Of a DNA stretch of 64,000 bases, positions 33,161 to 44,233 are shown one piece after another. Origin of the DNA: an uncultured Acidobacteriota bacterium (lineage in GTDB: Bacteria; Acidobacteriota; Vicinamibacteria; Vicinamibacterales; 2-12-FULL-66-21). The position numbers were made by a program, and so were the translations under genes. The stretch spans positions 276,878 through 340,877 of the forward strand of contig CAWIKL010000002.1 of assembly GCA_963836665.1 (NCBI GenBank), written 5' to 3'. The stretch's first letter is position 1. Each line of letters begins with the position of its first letter. A model generated the notes under the pieces. The model had not been told where the DNA came from. It did no database searches and worked only from the letters and a program-made list of their open reading frames with translations.

Positions 33161-35935
33161 TCACCTGCCCAGATTCAGCCTGACGCCGAGCATCACGCGC
33201 CGTGGATCCATGAACTGCGTCGGCTGACCGAAGGTCGTGGCAAACAGATTGTCGGACTGAATCGCTTCCGCCGCCGCGTCGTTCGTCAGGTTCAAGACGT
33301 CGAACATCAGATCAGCTGACGCCGCGTGGCCCAGCGCAAACGTCTTGGCGACGCGCAGATCGAGCAACGTCTGAGAAGGCAGGCGCTCCGAGCCGCGCGG
33401 CTCGAGCATGATGCGCTGGCTTCCTTGCGGCAGCGACACCTGGGTCGTCGCTGCCCACGGCCGCCCGCTGAAGTACTGCAGGCGCGCCGCGACCAGGATC
33501 TTCATCTTCAGATGCACCGCCACGTCCGTGCGGAACATGTGCGGACGGTCGTTGGCGAGGCGCCCCGACGCGTTCGTCAGGTCGTTGGGATCCTGGCCGA
33601 AGGTGAGGAACGCTGGCCGCGCGATCGTGCTGAACTGCGCTTCCGAGGCGGGGGCGTTGCTGGTCGCCTGCAGTCCGCGCGCCTGCGAGTAGGTGTACGA
33701 CGCGGATGCCTGCCATCCTTGCGCCAGTCTCCGATTCACCGTCAGGAGCAGCGCATCATAGTGCATGAATAGCGTGTCGGGATTGGTGAGGTAGAAGCGC
33801 CGCGCGGCGGTGCCGTTCGTCAGGACGAGCACCGGCAGCGTGGCGCCGTTGGGGAGCGTGCGCGTGTCCGCGCGGTACTGGCCGCCGACGTCCGTCCAGC
33901 CGATGTAGTCGCCGCCCGATTTCCAGACGTAGGCGGCCGAGGCGGCGAAGGTGCCGCCGATTTGTCGATCGATCCCGGCTGAGAGCTCGTCCGTGTGTGG
34001 CGTGCGCATGCGCGGATCGATCGAGAGATTGATCTTCGGATCGACGACCGACACCGGCTTCGTATAGTCGCCGGTCGCGGGGTCGTAGGCCATGGTCGTG
34101 ATCGGCGTGACGCCGGGGTGGATCGAGTCCAACTCGCCGCTCAGCACGCCCTGGTTGAATCGCCCGTAGCTGCCGCGCAGCATCGTGCGTCCGGCGGCGT
34201 CGAGCTTGGCCGAGACGCCGAGCCGCGGCGACACCACGTTCCATGTGAACAGCGGCCCGGCGCCCGGAATCGTGCCGCCGGTCTCCTGCCCGGTCCCGTC
34301 GATCTGGGGCAGATCGGGACTGCTGGCGTTGCTGTGGTCGAATCGGACGCCGGCGTCGACCGTGACGCGGCTGCCCAACGCCAGCGAATCGCTGGCAAAC
34401 AAGCCCGCAGTGACAAACCGGCCCCCAGTGATCGAGGGCGCACGCAGCTTGATCTGAAAGGGCGAGCCATTGTTGTCCACGTACTGCACGCCACCGGGAA
34501 TGATGGTGATCGATTGATGCTCGCCGCGTTCGATCTGCAGCCCAGCGCTGAAGTCGTGATCGGCGTGCATCCATCCGGGTTGGTAGCGGTGGACGACTGC
34601 CTTCGCCGTGATCCGATCGAAGGTCGGGCCGCCGACGCTGGCCGCATTGCCACTGGCGGCGCCCGTGACCTGATCCGTGTGCGGCGGCGTGGTGAAGTCG
34701 CCGGAGCTCGGGTCGTTGTGCTGGTGCTGGACGAACCGGCCGATGCGCGCGTCCCACACCGTTCGGTTCGACAGCACCTGCGTGACCTGCGCGAACGTCA
34801 TATTCGGCACGGTGGCGTTGGTACGCTGGGTCGTGTCAAACGGCGCCGCGATCGTGGCCGGCGTCGGATTGACCCAGTGCTCGTCGTGCACGCTGTGCAT
34901 CACCTGGAGCGACTGCGACGGCTTCCACGTCAGCTTCCCAAACAGTTTGTCCTGCTCGTAGGTCCGGGGAAACGCGGGATCGGTGCCGGGCTGGCTGTCG
35001 AAATCCCGCAGATGCTGATAGCCGGTGAAAAACCACGCGCGGTCCCTCACCACGGGACCGCCGAACGTCGCGGTCAGATCCTGGTATTTCGATCGCTCGT
35101 AACCACTCGCGCTCTGCGTGCTCGGCTGCTTCACCGCGAGCACCACCGGCTGCGCGGTCAAACCTGCCGGTTGGCCATAGTACGACGTCTCTGACGAGAA
35201 GTTCGCGCCGCCCGCTTTGGTGACGACATTGATCACGCCGCCCTGCAGGTTGCCGTACTCGACCGACGCGCCCATCGTCTGCACCTGCACCTCCTGAATG
35301 ACGTCGACGATCGGCTCGGCACGCGAGACGCCCTGACACGGGCAGGTGAAGTTTGTGCCGTCGATCAGGAAGGTGTTCTCGTTCACGCCGGACCCGAACA
35401 CCGACAGCGTGTTGACCGAACCGCTGGCTGGCGAGGTGGGTGACACGCCCGGCGCGCTGCGGATCAAATCGAACATGCTGTAGCGGCGCGTCGGCATGGT
35501 GTCGACGTAGTCGCTGGTGAAACGCGCCTCGAGACCGGTGCGCCTCGCGCTGGCCCCCCCTCCTTCGACGATCACGCTCTCCTGGGTGCCCGCGAGTTCG
35601 AGCACGACCGCGCGCTCCTGCGTCTCGCCCGGGCCGATGCGGATGCCTTCCTCACGGTGCGCGGCGAAATGTGGCGACATCTCGACGGTCAGGACGTAGT
35701 TGCCGGGCGTCAGGACCGGAAACCGCCACTGCCCTCTGTCGCTCGACAACGTCTGCAGTGTGGCGCCGATCAGCGCTGGCGAGGCCACCCGCACGACGGC
35801 GCCGACGAGGACGCCGCCTTGACTGTCCTGAACCGTGCCGACGAGGGTGCCGGTAATTTGCTGCGCGCGGACTCCAGCCGGCAGCAGGACGAACGCGATC
35901 AGCAGGGCGAGAGAACCAAGGTACTTGCGGGTCAT
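33161..35935 (-). CDS. TonB-dependent receptor-like outer-membrane protein with N-terminal carboxypeptidase-regulatory-like domain
   Basis: The signal peptide is MTRKYLGSLALLIAFVLLPAGVRA/QQ, followed by ITGTLVGTVQDSQGGVLVGAVVRV (CarboxypepD_reg-like), a plug-like region and a long beta-barrel ending ...VMLGVRLNLGR. The track ORF extends to 36097. Confidence 0.8.
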   Translation of the reverse strand: MTRKYLGSLALLIAFVLLPAGVRAQQITGTLVGTVQDSQGGVLVGAVVRVASPALIGATLQTLSSDRGQWRFPVLTPGNYVLTVEMSPHFAAHREEGIRIGPGETQERAVVLELAGTQESVIVEGGGASARRTGLEARFTSDYVDTMPTRRYSMFDLIRSAPGVSPTSPASGSVNTLSVFGSGVNENTFLIDGTNFTCPCQGVSRAEPIVDVIQEVQVQTMGASVEYGNLQGGVINVVTKAGGANFSSETSYYGQPAGLTAQPVVLAVKQPSTQSASGYERSKYQDLTATFGGPVVRDRAWFFTGYQHLRDFDSQPGTDPAFPRTYEQDKLFGKLTWKPSQSLQVMHSVHDEHWVNPTPATIAAPFDTTQRTNATVPNMTFAQVTQVLSNRTVWDARIGRFVQHQHNDPSSGDFTTPPHTDQVTGAASGNAASVGGPTFDRITAKAVVHRYQPGWMHADHDFSAGLQIERGEHQSITIIPGGVQYVDNNGSPFQIKLRAPSITGGRFVTAGLFASDSLALGSRVTVDAGVRFDHSNASSPDLPQIDGTGQETGGTIPGAGPLFTWNVVSPRLGVSAKLDAAGRTMLRGSYGRFNQGVLSGELDSIHPGVTPITTMAYDPATGDYTKPVSVVDPKINLSIDPRMRTPHTDELSAGIDRQIGGTFAASAAYVWKSGGDYIGWTDVGGQYRADTRTLPNGATLPVLVLTNGTAARRFYLTNPDTLFMHYDALLLTVNRRLAQGWQASASYTYSQARGLQATSNAPASEAQFSTIARPAFLTFGQDPNDLTNASGRLANDRPHMFRTDVAVHLKMKILVAARLQYFSGRPWAATTQVSLPQGSQRIMLEPRGSERLPSQTLLDLRVAKTFALGHAASADLMFDVLNLTNDAAAEAIQSDNLFATTFGQPTQFMDPRRVMLGVRLNLGR

Positions 35936-36023
35936 CTGCCACGTTCCTTTCGGCCGGTGTCGGCTTACAACCAGAGGCGCGAATCGTGGACAAGAAATGG
36001 CAATCCCGCGCAAAATCCCTGGT

Positions 36024-38900
36024 TTACATCGGCGGTCGCTTGATGAGAACGATGTCGGAGTTCTCCGCGAGGCGGTCGAAGACAATCTGGAGGCCACCGC
36101 TCGTCGATAGCACGTCGAACATGCGGATATCCCCCAGGCTTGCGTCGCTGACCCGTGTCAACTGCCGGGTCGCCATCGTCCGAAGATCGAAGAGCCAGAA
36201 CTCCGGCGCGTGCAGCGGGCCGCGGACGTAGACGATGCCTGAACCGTCAGGAAGAAAGCGATGATGCCCTGTGACACCGTTCATCATCACGGCTGGCAGC
36301 GTGATGGGGTCGCCGTTGGCCCGTACGCCCTGGAGCGGAGAGAGCCCGCCGACATCTTTCCCGCCGAAGAGAATCAGATCGCCTTCCCAGACCGGATCGG
36401 AGACGTTACCGCTGACGAGCTTGATCGGCACGCCTGCCCCAGCGATCGGGATCTTGAACAGGCCCTCCGAGCGCGCGTCGTCCTTGATCTGCTCGCCGGC
36501 GATGACGATCCACTGGCCATCGGGCGACCAGTCGGCGGTGCCGTGGACGTCGATCGATTCGGCGAGGCTGTGCACGTCCCCGCCGCCGACGTCCAGCAGG
36601 GTCAACGTGCGGCGTCCGTTCTTGCGCAGGACGACGGCCGCGTGGAGGCCGTCGCGCGAAATGGCCGCCGGTTCGAGCAGGCCACCTTGCGCGCCGTGCC
36701 ACACCTCGGTGGACTGTCCGTCCTTCATGCGCCACAAACCGTCGCCGGTACCCATGGCGGATAGGTAAAACAACACCTGGCCGCGGACGCGCGGCGCGAG
36801 CGCGCGCACGCCAGGCGGACCGAACGGACGCACGTCGCCGGCGACGGCCATCCGATCCAGAATCGGCACCGCGAACAGCGTCGCGCGCGGCCGCGCCAGC
36901 GACGCCGCCAGCGTGCGGCCATCCGCACTAGCGGAAACGGACGTGTACTGCTCGAGCCCCCAACTGACACGATGCGAGGCGTGTCGCGCGATGTCGAGGG
37001 CCCAGAGCCATGGTCCCGATCCGTCTTCGGCTCGGCTGGTGTAAAGCAACGTATTGGCATCGAGCGACGTCAAGCTGCTGACCGTCTGGTGCCGCGTCAG
37101 TTCCTCGGGCTGGCTTCCCGCTTGCGGGCGCGTGCGCCACACGTCCATGTCGACGTCAGGATGACCATGGACGTAGTAGATCCAGCTGCCATCGCTCGAC
37201 CAGATCGGCCCGTGATTGTGCCAGCCGGAATCGCTGACGAGGATTTGCGTCGCGCCGGCGCCGACCGGATCGGCCACGATCAAGGGATCGCCGGGCTCGT
37301 TCGTGTTGTAGACGATGCGCCGGCCATCGGGTGACCACCCGACTGAGCCGGCCTTTTCAGCCAGATAGGGCCGCCGCGCCCCGCCGGTCAGCGAGAGCAG
37401 CTGCAAGCGGCGGGTCCGCGCCGGACTGCCGCCGAGCCAGATCTGCAGGCCGTCGCCCGTGAACCCGAGGTCCGGGCTCGCGGCGCGATTCAATCGCTGA
37501 TCATCGTCCTGCGGAGTGAGGTCGGTGAAGTCGCCGGGGCCGACCTGTGTCAGCCAGGCGTGGAACGTGCCGGTGCGATCCGAGAGAAACGCGACCCAGC
37601 GGCCATCGGGTGAGATCGCCGCGTTCTCTTCGGCGCCGGGGAAATTCGTCAGCTGAATGAACTGGGCGTTGTCGAGTGGATTCTGCCATCGCGGCCAGAG
37701 CTGAACCGCGACGGCTGCGGCCATGGCGATCGTGGCCGCGCCAGCGACGGCCCAAGGCAGCACCGCCGAGCCCTTGGTGCGGCGTGCCTCACCGTCCAAG
37801 GCAGGCGCAGCGGCGGACTCACGCCCCGCTAGTGCGTCGTCGATCTCGAGCCGTGCGTCGCCGATCTCGCGCTTGCGCCTGCGGACATCCTTTTCGAGAC
37901 AACGATGCAGGAGGGCGATCACGCCGGGCGGAAGCCCAGGCGGCAGCGCAGCCCAGTCAGGATCGCGGTGAATAATCGCGGCAATCGTGTCCGAGATCGT
38001 CGCCTCGGCAAACGCCTGCCGTCCGGTCAGGAGTTCGTAGAGCACACAACCGAAGGCCCACACGTCCGTGCGCTTGTCGACGACCTGTCCGCGCGCCTGC
38101 TCGGGACTCATGTACGCGGCGGTTCCAAGCACTACGCCCATTTCGGTGCCGGCCGACGTGATCAGGGGCGAATCGGCGGCCTCGCCATCGCTCGAGTCGC
38201 TCTTGGCGAGGCCGAAGTCCAGCACCTTGACCACACCGTCTGGCGTGACCTTGACGTTGCCCGGCTTCAGGTCGCGATGGACGATGCCCTTGTCGTGCGC
38301 GGCCTCGAGCGCATCGGCAATCTGACGCGCGACCGCGAGCGCCTCCGGCGGCGGCAGCGGCCCGCGCGCAAGGCGATCGGCGAGTGTTTCCCCCGCGATC
38401 AACTCGAGGACGAGTGCGCGGATCCCGCCACTCTCTTCCAGGCCGTGGATCGCGCCAATGTGATGATGATTGAGCGCGGCCAGCAGCCGCGCTTCTCGCT
38501 GTAGGCGCGCAAGCCGCTCGGGATTGGCCATGAATGCCGGCGCCAGTACCTTGATCGCCACGTCGCGCTGCAAACCGGTGTCGTGCGCGCGATAAACCTC
38601 GCCCATGCCGCCCCGGCCGATCACTTCCTGCAGCACGTAGGGGCCGATCCGCCGGCCGCTCAACGCGGCCGTCTGCGAGGCGTCGACCAGGGAGGCGGCG
38701 ACGTGTATCGCAGGTTGCTCGAGAAAGCCGACCATCGACGGCTGATCGAGCAGCGAGCGCACTTCCTTCAACAGGTCGGCGTCGCCGCCGCACGCCAAGA
38801 CCAAGAACGCGGCCCGCTCGTGCGGGGCGTGCTCCTGCGCCTCGTGGTAAATCCGTTCGACGGCGCGCCAGCGTTCGCTGGACATAGGAAGGAACGCCAT
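36024..38900 (-). CDS. serine/threonine protein kinase with TM segment and C-terminal TolB/WD40-like beta-propeller
   Basis: Kinase motifs GRGGMGEVYRA, HRDLKPGNV, DFGLAK and SPEQ are present, then a TM segment (AVLPWAVAGAATIAMAAAVAV), then repeated ISPDG/WSPDG propeller blades. Confidence 0.9.
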   Translation of the reverse strand: MAFLPMSSERWRAVERIYHEAQEHAPHERAAFLVLACGGDADLLKEVRSLLDQPSMVGFLEQPAIHVAASLVDASQTAALSGRRIGPYVLQEVIGRGGMGEVYRAHDTGLQRDVAIKVLAPAFMANPERLARLQREARLLAALNHHHIGAIHGLEESGGIRALVLELIAGETLADRLARGPLPPPEALAVARQIADALEAAHDKGIVHRDLKPGNVKVTPDGVVKVLDFGLAKSDSSDGEAADSPLITSAGTEMGVVLGTAAYMSPEQARGQVVDKRTDVWAFGCVLYELLTGRQAFAEATISDTIAAIIHRDPDWAALPPGLPPGVIALLHRCLEKDVRRRKREIGDARLEIDDALAGRESAAAPALDGEARRTKGSAVLPWAVAGAATIAMAAAVAVQLWPRWQNPLDNAQFIQLTNFPGAEENAAISPDGRWVAFLSDRTGTFHAWLTQVGPGDFTDLTPQDDDQRLNRAASPDLGFTGDGLQIWLGGSPARTRRLQLLSLTGGARRPYLAEKAGSVGWSPDGRRIVYNTNEPGDPLIVADPVGAGATQILVSDSGWHNHGPIWSSDGSWIYYVHGHPDVDMDVWRTRPQAGSQPEELTRHQTVSSLTSLDANTLLYTSRAEDGSGPWLWALDIARHASHRVSWGLEQYTSVSASADGRTLAASLARPRATLFAVPILDRMAVAGDVRPFGPPGVRALAPRVRGQVLFYLSAMGTGDGLWRMKDGQSTEVWHGAQGGLLEPAAISRDGLHAAVVLRKNGRRTLTLLDVGGGDVHSLAESIDVHGTADWSPDGQWIVIAGEQIKDDARSEGLFKIPIAGAGVPIKLVSGNVSDPVWEGDLILFGGKDVGGLSPLQGVRANGDPITLPAVMMNGVTGHHRFLPDGSGIVYVRGPLHAPEFWLFDLRTMATRQLTRVSDASLGDIRMFDVLSTSGGLQIVFDRLAENSDIVLIKRPPM

Positions 38901-38980
38901 TCTACGCCATCGGGTCCCCGGCTTTCGGCCGCGATGCCAGATCGCGCGAGACTTTCGCGCCTACGTCTGAGGAGGAACAC

Positions 38981-40189
38981 GTGAGAGTCCTGTCGATCGT
39001 CCTCGCGTGCTGCCTGGTCGCGTGCGCCGCGAGCGTCGGGCACCGCAGCGACGTCGTCATCCAGTGGAATCAGCAGGTGCTGGAGACCGCGGGCGCTCGC
39101 AACCAGCACATGCTGGCGATCGTGCACCTGGCGATGTTCGACGCCGCCAACGCGATCGAGCGCCGCTACGCGTCGTACCTGTCGCTGCCGCGGCCTCCCG
39201 CGGGGATGAGCGCCGACGCAGCGGCGGCATCCGCGGCGCACGGCGTCTTGGTCAGATTGTTTCCTGGCGAGCAGGACACGCTCGCAGCGGCACTGAAAGA
39301 GTCGCTGACCGAGATAGCGGATGGACGGGACCAGACAACGGGTATCGACTACGGCGATCTCGTGGCGCGCCGCATGTGCGAGAACAGGATTACGCAAGCG
39401 ACGCTGGGCAGCGACGATTCGCCGATTGCCGGCACGGCCCCAGGCGACTATCAATTCACCGAACCGATGATGCGCGCCGCAGCGGCGTCGGCGCTCCGCT
39501 GGACTCCGATCGTTCTCGAGTCGCCATCGCAGTTCCGTCCGGGGCCGCCGCCAGCGTTGAGCTCGACGCGCTATGCCCACGATCTCGAGGAAGTGCGGCG
39601 CATGGGGGGCGCACGCACCGCGCGCACATCCAACCAGACGGAGATTGCGCTGTGGCATACGGAGGATGCCGCCGCCCAGCTCAACCGCCTGGCACGCAGC
39701 GAGGCGGTCCTCGACGGCCGCGGCCTCGTCGAACATGCGCGACTGTTCGCCCAGCTAAACGTCGCGATCGCCGAAGCAACGCTGAGCGCCGCCGAGGCGC
39801 AGTATGTCTACCGCTTCTGGCGGCCGATGACGGCCATTCGGCAGGTGGATTTCACCGCGCACGCCACCCAGGATCGCATCTGGTCGCCCTTCGTCACGAC
39901 GCCGCTCACGCCGGAATACCCGGCTGACCGCGTCGCCGTGTTGTCTGCAGCGGCCCGCGTGTTCGACGCCTACTTCGGTCATGCGCACCCGTTCCGGATG
40001 ACAGCGACGACTGTGCCCAATGTGAGCCGGACCTATGCCAGTTTCGAGGCGTTCGCCGAGGAAAGCGTCCTGGCGGGGATTTTCGGCGGCACGCAGTTTC
40101 GAACGTCGGGTGACAGGGGGATGGAAGAGGGCGTGAGCGTCGGCGACTGGGTCTTGACCCACTGCCTCCGGCCCATCACTCGTCGATAG
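38981..40189 (+). CDS. vanadium-haloperoxidase / PAP2-superfamily-like lipoprotein, catalytic motifs apparently degenerate
   Basis: Lipobox LVACAAS. The family-typical N-terminus is VIQWNQQVLE...AIVHLAMFDAANAI. The C-terminal region YRFWRPMTAIR...PEYPADRV...AGIFGGTQFRTSGD aligns by eye with the three PAP2 motifs but lacks the Lys/His/Arg residues. Confidence 0.6.
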   Translation: MRVLSIVLACCLVACAASVGHRSDVVIQWNQQVLETAGARNQHMLAIVHLAMFDAANAIERRYASYLSLPRPPAGMSADAAAASAAHGVLVRLFPGEQDTLAAALKESLTEIADGRDQTTGIDYGDLVARRMCENRITQATLGSDDSPIAGTAPGDYQFTEPMMRAAAASALRWTPIVLESPSQFRPGPPPALSSTRYAHDLEEVRRMGGARTARTSNQTEIALWHTEDAAAQLNRLARSEAVLDGRGLVEHARLFAQLNVAIAEATLSAAEAQYVYRFWRPMTAIRQVDFTAHATQDRIWSPFVTTPLTPEYPADRVAVLSAAARVFDAYFGHAHPFRMTATTVPNVSRTYASFEAFAEESVLAGIFGGTQFRTSGDRGMEEGVSVGDWVLTHCLRPITRR

Positions 40190-40793
40190 CTGAGCCGTCG
40201 CGAGGACGCAGCTCACGCGTCAGCCACGCCTTGGCCAGCTTCCAGTCGCGCATGATGGTCTCGGGGGAGACGTCGAGGCACTCCGCGGTTTCCTTCACGC
40301 TGAGGCCGCCAAAAAAACGCAACTCGATGACGCGGCTCTTGCGCTCGTCAATGTTGGCCAGCGCCTCGAGCGCATCGTCGAGCGCCACGAGGTCGCGCCC
40401 TGGCTCCGGCGACAAGGCCATGTCCTCGACGAGTGTGACGCGGAGAGCGCCGCCGCCGCGCTTCTGGAACTGCTTCGCGCGTGCGAAGTCGACGAGGACC
40501 CGCCGCATCAGCCGCGCCGCCATGGCCAGGAAATGTGCGCGGTTCTGCCAGTTGACCTTGCGAGTCTGCACCAAGCGCAAATAGGCCTCGTTGACCAGCG
40601 CGGAGGCCTGGAGTGTATGCCCGGGACGCTCGCCGAGCAGGCAGGCGCGCGCGATGCGGTGCAGTTCGTCGTGCACGATCGGAATCAGCGCGCTAAGCGC
40701 GGCATCGTCGCCGTTGCCCCAGGCGAGCAGCAGAGCCGTCACATTCGGCGGCGACGGGTTGGGCGGCACATTGTCGTGCAGTCCCTGTTTCAA
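40176..40793 (-). CDS. ECF-type RNA polymerase sigma factor (Sigma70_ECF/PF07638-like)
   Basis: The sequence VTALLLAWGNGDDAALSALIPIVHDELHRIA...HTLQASALVNEAYLRLV...AKQFQKRGGG...ELRFFGGLSVKETAECLDVSPETIMRDWKLAKAWL matches the family. Its 3' end overlaps the convergent gene by 14 nt. Confidence 0.85.
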   Translation of the reverse strand: MKQGLHDNVPPNPSPPNVTALLLAWGNGDDAALSALIPIVHDELHRIARACLLGERPGHTLQASALVNEAYLRLVQTRKVNWQNRAHFLAMAARLMRRVLVDFARAKQFQKRGGGALRVTLVEDMALSPEPGRDLVALDDALEALANIDERKSRVIELRFFGGLSVKETAECLDVSPETIMRDWKLAKAWLTRELRPRDGSAIDE

Positions 40794-41127
40794 CGGCTAT
40801 CGACTCCGAGGCAATTGATCTTCGGCGATGACCAGGCGAATTTCGCAGATCCAACCGCGCCTAGTCTACTCTCTCCCAGTTGCGTCGCAGGTCGTCCCTG
40901 ACATCGCACGGATCAGGTCGGCAAGTGGCTGCTGAATGAAGATGGGCGAAGGCCGACTCTTTAGAAGAGAGTCCGACACGTGTCCAATTCTGCACACCCC
41001 GGCGTCGGTCCGGTCGTGCATTCTTGATCATTGACTAGTAAGGCCTTGTTGGCGAACTGCCTCGGGCGTCACGCATTTCCGCGCTCGGCGATGAAATGAA
41101 CTATTCCGAATCGAAGAGAGACTCCCG

Positions 41128-41391
41128 ATGAGCCAGGCTCGCGGGGATCAGAAACCCTGTACCATCGGCGGCTGCGTCGGGCAGATGCGATTTGGCCGGC
41201 GGGGCGACCAGGAGACGGCGGACCCGAGGCCCCCGACTGATGTCACGCGCGGGGTGCGCGGCTGGGTGTGCTCGCTGTCCCCATTGCATTTCCGGTTGGA
41301 CAGCGACGACGAAGCGGTGCCGGAAATGGGCGCGACGGTCTCCCTGCGCCGACGCCAGGACCGTCGACGGGGCGCCCGGACAATTGCGTGA
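41128..41391 (+). CDS. small Cys/His-motif protein, family A copy 1 (unknown function)
   Basis: 87-aa ORF. Residues 1-64 align with the 49279-49497 ORF (MSQARGDQKPCTIGGCVGQMRFGR...GWVCSLSPLHF vs MTAARGDRRPCTVGGCLGEMQFGR...GWVCSQSVGHF). Confidence 0.55.
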   Translation: MSQARGDQKPCTIGGCVGQMRFGRRGDQETADPRPPTDVTRGVRGWVCSLSPLHFRLDSDDEAVPEMGATVSLRRRQDRRRGARTIA

Positions 41392-41766
41392 CCGGGAACG
41401 ACGGTCGCGTGCCCGGCACGGGTGGACTTCCGCGCATGCGAACTGCGGCGGGTCGGCGACATGGTTCGCCGCCCGAGCCTGAACGTCGAGCCGTGGACGC
41501 CTCCATGGCCAGTCGAGTGTGCAATCGGGTACAGGAGGCGCCGCGGCCCGCCCGCTATACTCGCGTGAGAGTTTTCCAGAACTGAGTCCGCCAGCGATTC
41601 ACGGCTCCCGCTCGATGGGATGCACGCAGACGGCCCCACTTTTGGCCAGCCTGCGGAGCGCGTGTTTCGATCCGCTCACAGCGTTGCCATCGAAAACACC
41701 GCGACGGCCCCGGGGCCGCCACGGGAGATTTCGGCCGGTCCCGGCGCCAACTGGAGAGTCACGTCC

Positions 41767-42102
41767 ATGAATGTCGTCCCACTACACAACCTCATCATCG
41801 TCCGCCGGCTCGATGAATCACCGGATCGCGTCGGCTCGATCATCATTCCTGACTCGGCAAAGGAGAAGCCGCAGCAGGGCACGGTGCTCGCAGCGGGCCC
41901 GGGCAAATCGAACGAGGCAGGCGTGAGGGTACCGCTCGACGTCAGGGCCGGAGACACGATCCTGTTCGGCAAGTACTCCGGACAGGAGATCAAGGTGGAC
42001 GGAACGGACTATCTGATTATGAAGGAAGACGACGTCCTCGCGATCGCGGAGGTCGGACTCGCCGCGACTGATGACCAGGCGACGGGCCGTGCGCACGCGT
42101 AA
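41767..42102 (+). CDS. groES: co-chaperonin GroES (with ~15-aa C-terminal extension)
   Basis: [46 protein letters not shown]...[32 protein letters not shown], plus the tail [17 protein letters not shown]. Confidence 0.93.
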   Translation: MNVVPLHNLIIVRRLDESPDRVGSIIIPDSAKEKPQQGTVLAAGPGKSNEAGVRVPLDVRAGDTILFGKYSGQEIKVDGTDYLIMKEDDVLAIAEVGLAATDDQATGRAHA

Positions 42103-43758
<1,656 letters not shown>

Positions 43759-43811
43759 TGCGCCACTGGTGGTGGAAGACACGGGATCTGATCTCGTTGC
43801 GGCTGCCTGCG

Positions 43812-44110
43812 GTGAGGTCCGACCCAGCGCAAGAACAGCCTGACGAGATCGGCAAGTACCAGCACCTGTACAGTACCTGCGCGATCGCTACGCGAACCGT
43901 CTCGTTCTGACGTTTGCACAGATCGAGGACATCTTGGGTTTTTCGTTGCCGGCGCCCGCACGCCTGCAGCGCCAGTGGTGGGGCGCGGACGGCGGGACGG
44001 TTCCAACCGAGCAATCGGACGCCTGGATCCTCGCCAGCAGGACCGCCTCGGTCAACTTGCTGGCGCAGACCGTGCTCTTCGAGCGGCAGACGGCGGCTGG
44101 CTTGTCGTGA
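43812..44110 (+). pseudogene. family B copy 1 (unknown ~90-aa protein), -1 frame break at ~43871
   Basis: Frame 3 gives ...DEIGKYQHLY. Frame 2 gives QYLRDRYANRLVLTFAQIEDILGFSLPAPARLQRQWWGADGG...AQTVLFERQTAAGLS-stop. The joined sequence aligns with the 50418-50696 ORF. The start is uncertain (GTG 43812, TTG 43797 or GTG 43758). Confidence 0.55.
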
Positions 44111-44233
44111 AGCCGTCGTTTTTGCGCCGCGCACCAGTTGACTCGACCAGGTCCCGTCGGCGCCGTTAGCGAGGACGGCGGGCCTCCTGTTGGGGACAGT
44201 CATACGCCGGGTCTGATTCGATAGGCTGAAGAC

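Noticed and set aside
41534-41543. 10-nt reverse-complement match (ggaggcgccg) to the tmRNA 3' end, as a possible distal att site.
   Set aside because: A GC-rich 10-mer is expected to recur by chance in 64 kb of this composition, and the orientation is wrong for a direct att repeat.
41392-41766. ORFs 41192..41482, 41268..41585 and 41148..41639 between family A copy 1 and groES.
   Set aside because: They overlap one another, are Arg/Gly/Pro-rich, and have no paralog near family A copy 2. I treat the region as non-coding or promoter DNA.
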